In this document: positions 52,864-64,000 of the stretch, in pieces | Position numbering within the stretch: the first letter of the stretch is position 1 | Layout of the letters: each line of letters begins with the position of its first letter | Assembly (NCBI RefSeq): GCF_001194135.2 | Contig: NC_068982.1 | Coordinates: forward strand, 108,188,910-108,252,909 | Direction of reading: 5' to 3' | DNA from: Octopus bimaculoides | Lineage: Eukaryota | Length of the DNA stretch: 64,000 nt | Position numbers and translations under genes: made by a program | The notes under the pieces: generated by a model | Told to the model about the DNA's origin: nothing | Seen by the model: the letters and a program-made list of their open reading frames with translations, nothing else | Database searches by the model: none

Positions 52864-53485
52864 GTCTGTGTGTACATACATAATACATACATAAACTAAT
52901 ACCATGATAATTGGTCTTGACCAATAAATTTTCCTCTTCATTCCAAAGATGAATCACCTAAATTCCAAACGCTGAACATATTCAGAAACGATATACGGAG
53001 CATTCTACAGCTCCTTTTCATAACCCAGCCACAATAGGGCAGTTATCCGGAGTTCAAATGTACTTTATCTTTCTTTGACTTTTAATTTAAATTTCTTAAA
53101 GATACTTATTAATATTTTTCTAAATTTATCCATATTTGAAAATTCTTATGGTGGGAGACTACCCACTTGTCAACTCTATACGGCCTTACGCTGGAAGTTT
53201 GTTTTCTAATAACAGTAATAATATCCCAACGTGGAAAATTCGTAAACAACTACTTCTTTCACTATCTTAAGTTATTTCCCTTTTTAGTGATTACTTGTAC
53301 GGTTTCTGTAAAGTTAAATCTACTGAAGATCTTTGGTCTCTAGCTCTTGAGAACTTCAGTGGAAGCAATGCTGTTATCCTTGACATCAATGAGACATTTG
53401 TTTGTATTTAATATAAGAACCTTATCGCTTACTTGCCCTCCAATGAAGTTCCGCCAGTATCTCATTTTTAGGTGGGAAAACTTTT

Positions 53486-54172
53486 GGATCTAGTTCAAAA
53501 CGGGGACACCAGTATTTTCTTAACGAAACACTAACGAAACACTTTGAAACTTGGGACACTGGTAGAATGTGTCATATAAAACATCTTTTACTCTTAGTCT
53601 TCTTAACAAAAAAACGTACATCGCAAGTTATTCCATGTTAAAGTTGTCGTATTTCTGTAATTTCAACCAATCACTAACGTCTATTCAGCTGAATAGAGTT
53701 ACTGCTGGCCGGTCATAAAAATGTTATTCCCTGTGACATATTTCATCCGGTTTAATCGTAATTTATACGCATATATTGTTTATATAATAAATTACGCTGT
53801 GCGTATCTATGTGTGTAACAATTTTAGAGTTCGGATTCTAGAGTTAGGGTTAGGGTTAGGGNNNNNNNNNNNNNNNNNNNNNNNNNNNNNNNNNNNNNNN
53901 TAGGGTTAACAGTCTAGTTAGGGTTAGGGTTAGGGGATTAATACGATATACACCGTTACAGCGCTAACTGTTTTCAACTGAATAGACGTCAGTGATTAGT
54001 AGAAATTATCGAAATAAGACAATTTTTTACATGAAATAAATTCGAATACAAAATTTTTTTTCTGTTCTATAACACAAAATAGATAAGTATACGAAGTTTG
54101 AAAGTCTTTCGGTACCTAAAACACTACATAAAACATAAATGAAAACTGGTGCCCCCGTTTTGAACAAGATCC
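53486..54172. mobile_element. Non-autonomous DNA transposon, Merlin-like termini, 8-bp TSD
   Basis: 28-bp TIRs GGATCTAGTTCAAAACGGGGACACCAGT (53486-53513) and its inverse (54145-54172), 26/28 identical. Perfect TSD AAACTTTT at 53478-53485 and 54173-54180. A second internal IR lies at 53669-53693 / 53973-53997. Confidence 0.85.
53844..53936 (+). repeat. Interstitial (TTAGGG)n array (spans an N-gap)
   Basis: (TTAGGG)3 at 53844-53861, a gap, TAGGGTT at 53901, and (TTAGGG)3 at 53918-53935. Confidence 0.9.
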
Positions 54173-54772
54173 AAACTTTTGTCAGACTGCTCCATTACAG
54201 TGTGCACTGATGACCTCTCGCCGACCCAAATTACATAAAATCTAGTGTACTACAAGATTATGTCCGTCATACCTTTCTTTGCGTACATTAATGACTTATT
54301 TCTATTTCTTCTAACTATACACTCTACTATGTGGATGATACTACGTTTTGTTTCTCCTCGACGTTCTGCCCACGTGTATCGGCTACACGAAACCTAAACA
54401 CCTCACATCAGATACACACTATTTCTATAAACAGAGGCCCTGAAAAATAACCCAATTGGTTCATAAAATCCACTACTATTTAACAGCAGAAAGATATTCG
54501 CTACATATAAAAGTAAAATCATCTTGTATACCTTCTTCCTTTGTAGAGCAAATTTCAATGTCACTAAAGAGGACCTCTCAAGTTGATGACTACAGCAAAC
54601 ACTTGAAAAGGTTGGAATTTCCAGAGATGGGAATGAAGGAATGGCGTAGTGGGGCGGTGAAAGCTTAATAGGAGAAATAATAGAGATGGCAAAAGATGGG
54701 GACGAATGGGTCGAATGTGACTAGTTGAAGTAGAAATGAAACCAGTCTGCCATGAGTGGCAGCGAGAGAGAA

Positions 54773-54813
<41 letters not shown>

Positions 54814-54949
54814 NNNNNNNNNNAGAAAGAGAGAGAGAGAGAGAGGAGGAGGAGGAGGAGAGACGACTCGTCTGTAGACTGCAATGCTAGGCAATGACAG
54901 CTTATCAATCCGTTAAGTAGTCATTTTTACGCAATCTCTGAAGTGTCGT

Positions 54950-55500
54950 GGTGACAGTATTTCGTTGTGATTCACATGCATTTTGTATAGAGTTATTAAT
55001 TGTTGGGGACGGGAGCATTTTCTGACCTTGAAGAAGAGAGCCAGTAGTCTTTGTGATACAGGAAGCAAAATTGACATGACCTCCACAGGAGAATGCTTTC
55101 GATGTTTCTGTTCATGAAGTCAGTGCAGATTTGGCGTGAGACGTATACGTTGTAAATGGATGACGCTTGGATGTGGAAGGTTGAGGAAGAGTGAAGAGTG
55201 GTATCATCTTCAGAGGATCAAAACTGATTCTAGGGACACGCCAGTGTTGACAGAATATACATACAGTGATGACCTAAGCTGACAGGAAGCATTCGGTCCG
55301 ATTAAATAGGTTAGATATTAGTTTTTTTTTACCAAACACGGTTGAATAGTTTGCAGGTAAAATGTAGTGTCACCACATTTCTTGAGGGCAATGACCTACT
55401 GGTGAGTGACACAGAGAAAGCCTACTGTAGATCTGATTTAAATCAAGATTAAGATGTGAAACATGATTTTCTTCATACTTCGTAATGATTTGGTGGGTAA
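54950..55500 (-). mobile_element. CR1-group LINE RT fragment
   Basis: The reverse strand gives 'VIALKKC', 'VNTGVSLESVL' (cf. VNSGVPQGSVL) and 'EDDTTLHSS'. Confidence 0.6.
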
Positions 55501-56720
55501 GTTGATTATATCTCACGCATCTGCTTAATAGTTACGGCCGGCATTGAATAAATGCTTTATAGTACAAATTTATTTATGATAAAACATTGACTTTGGACCG
55601 GTTAGAGCTTAGATTTAACATTGTAATTTTCCTTCTATAAACTGATATTGTTATTGAAGACCATTTTAATAGCTTTAAAATGAATTATGGCATTGACTGA
55701 CTTAAGTTCTTGATAAACATCGTATAATTACGTGCATTGAACTATAGAGGTTAGATTTGAGGTCATAAATATGCATATCAAACAGGATTAAGTCTCGAAG
55801 TACAGTTCATACTAAACGTTGTTCTCCACTGAAAATTATAACAACATATTTCCCCCTTCTCCGAAATTATGAAATCACTTGACTTTACAATCGATCAAAG
55901 TGTAATAATGTTTAAAAGGTCATAATATGGCTGTTGGACCCATGTTCTTTCATTAACAGGAGCTCAGATCGTTGTAAGTGAGATTAAAATGTTTTGAATT
56001 TATGCATTCATATACACTGAACTTACTTTAATTTTGTAATTTGTCCAATGTATCCCGCTTAACTATATGTCCCTCTGGCAGACGGTATCCCTCCGTGTCA
56101 TTTTATCATGATTTATCCAGGTTAAATTTTATAATGGTTTCTTTTCTATTTTGTAACTTTATCTTTTACTTTCTGAAGTTATTGGACTGCGGCCATGCAG
56201 AAGCACGGACTTGAAGGGTTTTAGTTGAGCAGTCCTTTTTTTAAAAAGTCTGATATGTATTCTATCGGTATCTTTTGCTGAACCGCTATGTTATGGGGAC
56301 ATAAACCAACACCGGCTGTCGAACGGGGTGGGGAGACACACATGTACACACACTCACACACAGAGGCACACACACACATACACACACACTCACACACACA
56401 TACATATGCATACAAACATATATTTATATGTATGTATGTGTGTGTATGTATGTATGTATGTATGTATGTATGTATGTATGTGTACGAATCTTTCACGCTG
56501 GCTCTCCATGACGATTATGTTAAAGGTACACGTGTCTGTCGAATACTACGCAACCACTTACACTCTTATCCAACGAGAACACAATTCTCGTATAAACGAC
56601 CAAGAACAATTGAGAAATTCATCATCGAAATCAACACAGTCCCATTTGACATATGTACGTATGTAACTATGTATGTATGTATGTATGTATGTATGTATGT
56701 ATGTATGTATGTATGTATGT

Positions 56721-57086
56721 GGAGGCACAATGGCCCAGTGGTTAGGGCAGCGGACTCGCGGTCATAGGATTGCTGTTTCGATTCCCAGACCGGGCGTCGT
56801 GAGTGTTTATTAAGCGAAAACACCTAAAAGCTCCACGAGGCTCCGGCAGGGGATGGTGGCGAACCCTGCTGTACTCTTTCACCACAACTTTCTCTCACTC
56901 TTACTTTCTGTTTCTGTTGTGCCTGTAATTCAAAAGGTTCAGCCTTGTCACGCTGAATACGTTAAGGGTACACGTGTCTGTGGAGTGCTCAGCCACTTGC
57001 ACGTTAATTTCACGAGCAGGCTGTTCCGTTGATCGGATCAACTGGAACCCTCGACGTCGTAAGCGACAGAGTGCCAACAACAACAA
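56721..57086 (+). mobile_element. tRNA-derived SINE, family B, full length and apparently young
   Basis: A-box TGGCCCAGTGG (56731-56741), B-box GTTTCGATTCC (56775-56785), many CpGs retained, (CAA)n tail. Flanked on both sides by (TATG)n. Confidence 0.9.
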
Positions 57087-58629
57087 TGTATGTATGTATG
57101 CATGTATGTATGTATGTATGTATGTATGTATGTATACACAAACATATATACATACGCACATACATACATATATACATTTATACACACATACATTTATATG
57201 CTATCCCCTATTTTTAATTATTTTAATTATTTGAGGAAGACAGCTGATTTCTTAAAAAGCTACATCGTTGGAATGTAGACAACAAAAACAATGTCACATT
57301 TTGAACTTGAGAAAAGTTTTGAATATTTATACTGTCCCACTTACAGATTGTATTTGTAACGTGCGTGTTGGCTGGTTGATTCTTTTTCTGAAAAGCCTAA
57401 CTTTTCCAGATTGTCGCTTAGGCAATAAGTCCTCGGGTCAATTTGTTCGACTAAAATCCTTTAAGGCGGTGCTCCAGCATGGCTGCAATCAAATGACTGA
57501 AACAAGTAAAAGAATAAAAGAATATTCCCGCATGTCCCAGTCTCAATTTACCAATTTTTTTCGATGCGAAAAAAAAAAACCCCAACAAACAAACCCGTTA
57601 TAAACTTGAAACGTTATAAACTTGAAAGTGTGATTACCTAATAAATCATAAATCAACAGCATCCTTTCAATCAACAGTTATTTCTACTCTTAATTTTTCG
57701 TTGTTTTATTATAATCTTCGGTTATTTTGCCATTTTATTGTCATTTACTCTAAACAACAGCAAAATTAACAGCAACAACAACTGCAAAAGCAATAACTGC
57801 ATCAGTAACAATAGAAAATTATACCACCCGTTAAAGCATCAGCTACTTGGTCATCCGCACCGGTCAGATTTTATAACCAGTTACAATGCATATTGATTTG
57901 GCTGATTTTCCTAAATTACATATCAGTGTCAGAGCTATCAATTATTTAAACGCATTTTATTTCATAACATATTTCCATGTAATTAAATTGTTCATTTACT
58001 TTTATATTGTCGGTTTGTCAGTACATTTATTCTCTTCTTCGTTTTCCAACTCGTAGACATCATTTTACTGTAGAAACTACAACCATTACAAAGTACCATG
58101 AACATAAAATTCCAGAAAATTATAATTCGATTAAACGAAAAAAGAAAATTAAGAAAGAAAAAGCAAATGAATTTTCTGCTGCTTTCGACAATGTGTATTT
58201 CAATTGTACTTGCAAATGAATTATCTACACATTGAATTATTATGTAAGTGGCTGAGTATTCCACAGACACGTATACCTTTAATATGATCTTCAGGTATAG
58301 CCATGTAAATCAAGGCTGGATCTTATAATTTCAAGCACACCCATAGTTCCAGTCAACCCAGTATCACCCACAAGATCTGGGCTGATCCGAGTTTATGGTA
58401 GAAGACGCTTGCTCCAATGCCTTTAAGTGGGATCGATCTTGAAACCACACGATTGGAAAGCGACCTTCTTAATTATTCGGCCATGCATACGCACTTAACA
58501 ACACAATAGGTAATGTAGCCCTATGTAATGCTATAAAGGTAGAATGATCATAACTGAGGATTTCGAGCATTGTTTTGTTCAATTTTAGTTGATCCCCAAC
58601 AAACTTCTGGCCCTGTGCTTATGTAAGAA

Positions 58630-58918
58630 ATTATTATTATTTTGGTTTGGCTCCGGTTCGATCTTATTTCTGGTAGGAATTATGTGGATTACGAGTCAAT
58701 ACCTGTAACCTTAAGTATTCACAAGTTTTCAGCAGTCTTTCAAGTACTTAGAACCTTCCTGATAATCCTTGCTGTCCCTAAAAGACAAACTTTCTGTAGG
58801 AGCTCTACCGGGCATTCTATTTCAATCCCCTTCATCCATTTATCTATATCTTGGCTTACTGTTCCCAGCGCACCAATTATTATAGGCACGGTCTTTACTG
58901 TTCGCATGCTCCAAATTC
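58630..58918 (-). mobile_element. R4/Dong-like non-LTR retrotransposon, 5'-truncated 3' end
   Basis: An uninterrupted minus frame reads RIWSMRTVKTVPIIIGALGTVSQDIDKWMKGIEIECPVELLQKVCLLGTARIIRKVLST*, the typical C-terminus of restriction-like-endonuclease retrotransposons. It has an (AAT)n tail and abuts (AAG)n(AAT)n. Confidence 0.8.
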
Positions 58919-58929
58919 TTCTTCTTCTT

Positions 58930-59057
<128 letters not shown>

Positions 59058-59879
59058 NNNNNNNNNNNNNNNNNNNNNNNNNNNNNNNNNNNNNNNNNNN
59101 NNNNNNNNNNNNNNNNNNNNNNNNNNNNNNNNNNNNNNNNNNNNNNNNNNNNNNNNNNNNNNNNNNNNNNNNNNNNNNNNNNNNNNNNNNNNNNNNNNNN
59201 NNNNNNNNNNNNNNNNNNNNNNNNNNNNNNNNNNNNNNNNNNNNNNNNNNNNNNNNNNNNNNNNNNNNNNNNNNNNNNNNNNNNNNNNNNNNNNNNNNNN
59301 NNNNNNNNNNNNNNNNNNNNNNNNNNNNNNNNNNNNNNNNNNNNNNNNNNNNNNNNNNNNNNNNNNNNNNNNNNNNNNNNNNNNNNNNNNNNNNNNNNNN
59401 NNNNNNNNNNNNNNNNNNNNNNNNNNNNNNNNNNNNNNNNNNNNNNNNNNNNNNNNNNNNNNNNNNNNNNNNNNNNNNNNNNNNNNNNNNNNNNNNNNNN
59501 NNNNNNNNNNNNNNNNNNNNNNNNNNNNNNNNNNNNNNNNNNNNNNNNNNNNNNNNNNNNNNNNNNNNNNNNNNNNNNNNNNNNNNNNNNNNNNNNNNNN
59601 NNNNNNNNNNNNNNNNNNNNNNNNNNNNNNNNNNNNNNNNNNNNNNNNNNNNNNNNNNNNNNNNNNNNNNNNNNNNNNNNNNNNNNNNNNNNNNNNNNNN
59701 NNNNNNNNNNNNNNNNNNNNNNNNNNNNNNNNNNNNNNNNNNNNNNNNNNNNNNNNNNNNNNNNNNNNNNNNNNNNNNNNNNNNNNNNNNNNNNNNNNNN
59801 NNNNNNNNNNNNNNNNNNNNNNNNNNNNNNNGTAAGAAAAAAGAAAAGGAAAAAGAAGAAGAATATTTAATCAAGCAAT

Positions 59880-60930
59880 TTTGTGTAAATTTGATGATAT
59901 TCTCCTGTCGTTTTATTCATTCCTCCAGGACGTGATGTTAATAACCGACAAACATTTCTCCTCATGCATTTTGAGTATTGAAAGTGAAGCAGATCCAGAA
60001 TATTTTCTGAGAATATGCACTTTCAAATGTCTTTCAAAATTGCGGCCGTTTGAAGCAAAATGTTCGGCAAGTTCTATCGAACTACTGTTATTGTGTCTGA
60101 CGTCATATCTGTGTCCATTAAATCTTTTGTTTAATTGTTCTGTTGTACAACCAACATAAATAAATCAAGTTGTGTTTCGTGCATTCTGTCGCGTACACCA
60201 AATAGGAATCTCTACATTTCCAACCTTCTGTATAAATCATAGCATTTCTGTTATGATCTCTGATGGAATTCACTTGACTCATCTTGTTGCACAATGAACA
60301 GGGCTTACCTCTCTTGCGGCTGTTTTTCAAGGTACAGCGTGCAGATACTCCAATGTTAGTTTTCTTGGAGTTAGAAATAGAGGTCAATAGTTACCTTATA
60401 TTTATTATTCCGTCTAAAGGCTACAATGGGCGGCTGAGGAATTATCTGTTTGAAACGAGGATATTTTTCCGCAACAAGCTGATAACTTTCATGCAACACT
60501 TTTGAAATGCCAGCGAAAATTCGGTGCCAGTTACTCACTAAAGGAATTCTGTCACATATTGTATTGTGTTTGCTGAACTATGCGTGAAGATTTGGCTTTC
60601 TTTGCTAATCTTAGCTATCTCATTTGCTATTTCCTTTAATCCTAATTCACTGTAACTGCGTTTGACATAATGGTGTACAAAAGTATTTGTATGTTTCCAG
60701 TAATCCCCTATGTTGTCTACAAAGAAGCCCTGCAATAACACTTTTGAACCTATCGCCATTGTTCTCACGTCGATGGAGTCATTGTCAGTTTATCAATATT
60801 TTAGCCCAACTGCATTCACCTTCTTCACATCACTGGCCACCTCTGCAACCTGACCACCTCTTCCAATCAAATTCCCAACCTATGGGTTTACGTCGCGACA
60901 CTGATTCCGCAAAATTACGTTGGATGTGAC
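59880..60930 (-). mobile_element. Penelope-like element relic (RT C-terminus, Cys linker, GIY-YIG endonuclease)
   Basis: 'FKQIIPQPPIVAFRRN', 'KPCSLCNKM', then 'LVYATECTKHNL/YVGCTTEQLNKRFNGHRYDVRH...LAEHF', a GIY-YIG motif with one frameshift. Confidence 0.85.
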
Positions 60931-61179
60931 TACATATTGTATCCAAAACATTGTAAGTGCAGTCGTATTACACAATTTCAGTTTTGTGCAGAGACCTGAT
61001 TGGTGTTTTGTTTTGTTTTTTCCAGCATTTTCCCGTCATTCTTTACCCTTCACATCTGCATCCGCGAGGTTTCTCCAATTGCTTCTTAAAAGACTGTTTA
61101 AACATTTGGCATGCTTTTTTTCATTACCAATCTTTAATATTTTTTTTTTTTAATTCATCATCTTTAAAATGTGGCCCGA

Positions 61180-61279
61180 GTAGACCCGAATGAAATCGGG
61201 TTATAATACCGAAACAAGTAAAACAATAAAAAAGACTATGCTATTTTAATCCCGAGCAAGGCCGGATTTCTCTGCTAGT
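61180..61279 (+). mobile_element. Probable Helitron 3' terminus
   Basis: GC-rich hairpin tcccgagcaaggccgga, then 8 nt, then CTAG|T (61275-61279). A second hairpin acccga...tcgggt lies at ~61181-61200. The 5' end was not found. Confidence 0.5.
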
Positions 61280-62199
61280 TTATTTTAAAATCGAATTTGT
61301 ACTCAACATGAGCGCTTTAGCGGACCACGAAAGATCAGCTCAGCTTATTTGGTTTAATTAAGATTCATTATGCTGAGTCAGACCTATAGTTTTCCTACGG
61401 TTGCAGCAGATCGTTAGTGGAGCTTGATTTACCTTTGAGAGGATTCATATTTTTTTTATAACTGTAATGTTTTAATATACGTATTTCAAATATAGTACAT
61501 TACAGATATAAATCTGAGAAATCTATAAAACTAAAGCAATCAAATATGATGAGAATACTTCAAAATAGTTAAAAAATTAAACTGCATCATTTTCTATATT
61601 ATTTGTTCTCTTGTTTTGGAAAGATTAGTAGGACAAATAACGTCTGCTTTTTTGAAGCAGGGATTGATACTGAAGTTTATCAGTGGAGTTTGTTAAATAA
61701 ATAATTTAATTTATATAAATGGATATTGTTAAATTGAATTAATTTTTATTGCTTTTACTCTCAATTCATTATTTTATCAAAAGCAGGGAGAAAGAAAGAT
61801 CCATGATATTAACAAAACGTACGCCTGTCCTTTTCCTTTTTGAGAGAGATAAGCTTAAATAAATCGTGTTTTTTTTTTTCTTCTAAAAATTCAAGAATGA
61901 TCATCTTACTTTGGTACTGTCTTTAAAAATAAGATATGTGTATTGTTTTTAATTGTTTTTAATCTTAAACCTTGAACAACATACACACTCATTATAAAGT
62001 CCATTAACATTAATTGGAAATATAACTATTATCTGTTTTCCACGAAAAGAAAGATATTTAACATTGTCAGTGTATGCATTGCATGGGTTAGTGGGTATCA
62101 CCTATATATATATATATATAGTAATCGATGACATTTAATTTTTTTAATTAACATTTAATTCAATCCAAAATATATCCAATATGCCTCTTGTCACACAAG

Positions 62200-63583
62200 C
62201 CGATATAGATTGTGCATCTTACGAAATTGCATATTTCATGACGATTTTTCAGAAGCCTTATACTACTAAGCCTGGAGTTGAGATTCTTGTGCAAAGAATG
62301 TGCGGAGAAACGAAAACAGAGTAAAAAGTTAAACGTTTCTATCTCCAAAAACATTATTTTCTGTTGGATAGATGATAACGAGGAGGATATTAAGATGCAA
62401 GTTGTTTTCAAAATGAAAGCACCAGCACACAAGTTTGCTATTCAGCTGGATGAGTTAACTAATGTTTCTCATTGTGCCCAGCTGATTTGCATTGCTGGCA
62501 GCTTTGTTGGTGATTAACTGAAGGAAGAGTACTTAGTTTGCTTTCTTTTGAAACAACAACCACAGCGAAAGACGCTACTGATAAGGTATTAGTTGATTCC
62601 TTGTCTGATATGTTATTGATAAACTATTGCAAAGTAAGGGTCTGTAGTGACGTCATTTGGCGCCAAAATACAGTCGCCATTACTGCGTTTTCATCCACGC
62701 ATGCACAGGGAATAGTTCCGAGGGAACACAGGAAGAGTCCCATGCGCATGCGTAGTTCGACTCTCTCAACATTTCCCGCGTTTTATCTTCCTCTTGCGAC
62801 GACAACTTCGTGAGCGAAGGACGTATTTTGTATCGCTCTCTTCGAGACCCAACACACTCGTGACGGGGACAGCGGACAAGTGATGAAACGACCAACAGCC
62901 GAATAACCAATGCTGTATGAATATACCGACAAGAACTGCGAATATCCATGCTGTTTGAATAACTATATAAATAAATATTGTTATGTTTCTGGTTTAGAGA
63001 CTGCGTTATCCGTTCTTAAATTTTTCCTTAAAGTTTGATGTGAGGAATTAAGTATTTAACCTAAAGGTTGAATAAAGAAAGATATTTCTTACAGGTCTAA
63101 TAGGTAAAACGAGAAGGTATTTGCATAGCTCGGGCACCAGCAATGNNNNNNNNNNNNNNNNNNNNNNNNNNNNNNNNNNNNNNNNNNNNNNNNNNNNAAG
63201 AAAAATGCGCCTTCGTTACTAGCGCCCACTGTTCAATTCAACGCCGAGCTATTAAAGCAATAATAATAATCTTTCTTTTTGAAAAAATGAATACTTATCA
63301 CTCATTTGTTCAGAATTCTGGGTGAAAATTTTGACTCTTGAAACGTGGAACTATTTTTGCATACTAAGGTGTTAGGTTTGTCTCGCGGCGAAGTTTTGAA
63401 TCGAGTTTTTGAAATGTGATCAGAAATAGTGGACGTTCCTGCTGCCAAAGCACTCCCCGAAAACACTGCCTTTCGTGAGAACAAATTCATCTTATGCCTT
63501 CCTTATCTGCCAGAAATCTTTCGAGAAGTCTATGTTGAATTGACGTAACTCTTCACAAAGGTAAATAGACAATACAAAGAGCT
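62200..63583 (+). mobile_element. hAT Buster/Charlie-type transposase pseudogene, interrupted by LTRs
   Basis: 'SKNIIFCWIDDNEEDIKMQV...KFAIQLDELTNVSHCAQL', 'GICIARAPAM' (cf. GICTDGAPAM), 'HCSIQRRAIKA' (hAT C..H motif), 'LHTKVLGLSRGEVLNRVFE' (cf. LHTEVRWLSRGKVL) and 'PYLPEIF'. Confidence 0.85.
62643..63093 (+). mobile_element. Solo LTR (Gypsy-type), 451 bp
   Basis: Begins TGTAGT and ends TTACA, with a 4-bp TSD GGTC at 62639-62642 and 63094-63097. AATAAA occurs internally and CpGs are retained. Confidence 0.85.
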
Positions 63584-63936
63584 TATAGGAAAGTGGGTTA
63601 TACATCATTAGATGTACACCTGACTTTCCTATATTAAATTAAGTATTAACGGAACGCTGAACTCCAGACTATCAACACAAACAATATTTATTCATGGTGG
63701 AAAATATACATCTTTAATCTTGTTTGTTGAGACGTCTTCGGTGTGTCAGAACATGGTTGTTGGGACGTTGGTATATTGATGTGAGCTGTCTAGCGTGAGT
63801 TCGAAAGATGGAGAGACAGCTAGACACGTCCTTGCTCAATCGCTGGCCAGCAAGAAAGAGATCGATCAAAGCGGGTAAGCTTGGTTGTTGAATTCCACGC
63901 ATGCGTGAGACTACGCATGCGCACGGCGTTACTACA
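63584..63936 (-). mobile_element. Solo LTR (Gypsy-type), 353 bp, related family
   Basis: The minus strand begins TGTAGTAACG and ends CCTATA (one change from CCTACA). 4-bp TSD AGCT at 63580-63583 and 63937-63940. Shares GCGCATGCGTAGT and AATAAATATTGTT with the first LTR. Confidence 0.8.
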
Positions 63937-63955
63937 AGCTCTTCGCATTGTCTAA

Positions 63956-63986
<31 letters not shown>

Positions 63987-64000
63987 AAGAAGAAGAAGAA
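63956..64000. repeat. (AAG)n microsatellite (example of many (TA)n, (CA)n, (GA)n, (TATG)n, (TAG)n and (TTA)n arrays in the window)
   Basis: Directly visible. Most N-gaps abut such arrays. Confidence 0.95.

Larger units (their letters stand above)
52960..54460 (+). mobile_element. CR1-group LINE RT relic interrupted by the element at 53486-54172
   Basis: Left part reads 'SDYLYGFCKVKSTEDL' and 'AVILDINETF'. Right part resumes 'SDCSITV...AYINDL...YVDDTT', consecutive RT motifs on either side of the insertion. Confidence 0.75.

Noticed and set aside
56721-56800. tRNA gene
   Set aside because: A and B boxes are present, but the sequence continues into a SINE body and (CAA)n tail without a complete cloverleaf.
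60118-60387. Cys-rich ORF first taken for a piggyBac C-terminal domain
   Set aside because: It continues directly into a GIY-YIG motif and follows Penelope RT-like sequence, so it is a Penelope linker.

Overview
AT-rich eukaryotic genomic DNA, full of microsatellites and N-gaps. The SINE, LINE and MITE families resemble those I recognise from Octopus, so an octopod cephalopod source is my inference. The only host gene I can support is the 5' end of a minus-strand gene. Two spliced coding exons (22923-22831 and 21258-21156) have canonical splice sites and join in frame into a complete N-terminal SAM domain: MPGPVERWLETFMCKQYADTFEAYGFKTLQS|VCQLQLHQLQGMGVAQEHCEKILENVHVLRQTLI. I could not locate its further exons. 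Everything else is transposable-element debris: tRNA-derived SINEs; RTE, CR1-group, R4/Dong-like and Penelope retroelement fragments; several MITE types; a Buster/Charlie-type hAT transposase relic interrupted by two solo LTRs; and a probable Helitron end. The items most worth a second look are: (1) a candidate 24-nt cassette exon inside the SAM domain whose splice sites lie in a run of three hairpins; (2) a GG-ended element with an 8-bp target-site duplication that carries an internal (TTAGGG)n array; (3) hammerhead-ribozyme-like motifs; (4) many foldback and inverted-repeat structures that could form dsRNA editing substrates. Nearly all ORFs in the supplied track are spurious, TE-derived or run through N-gaps.
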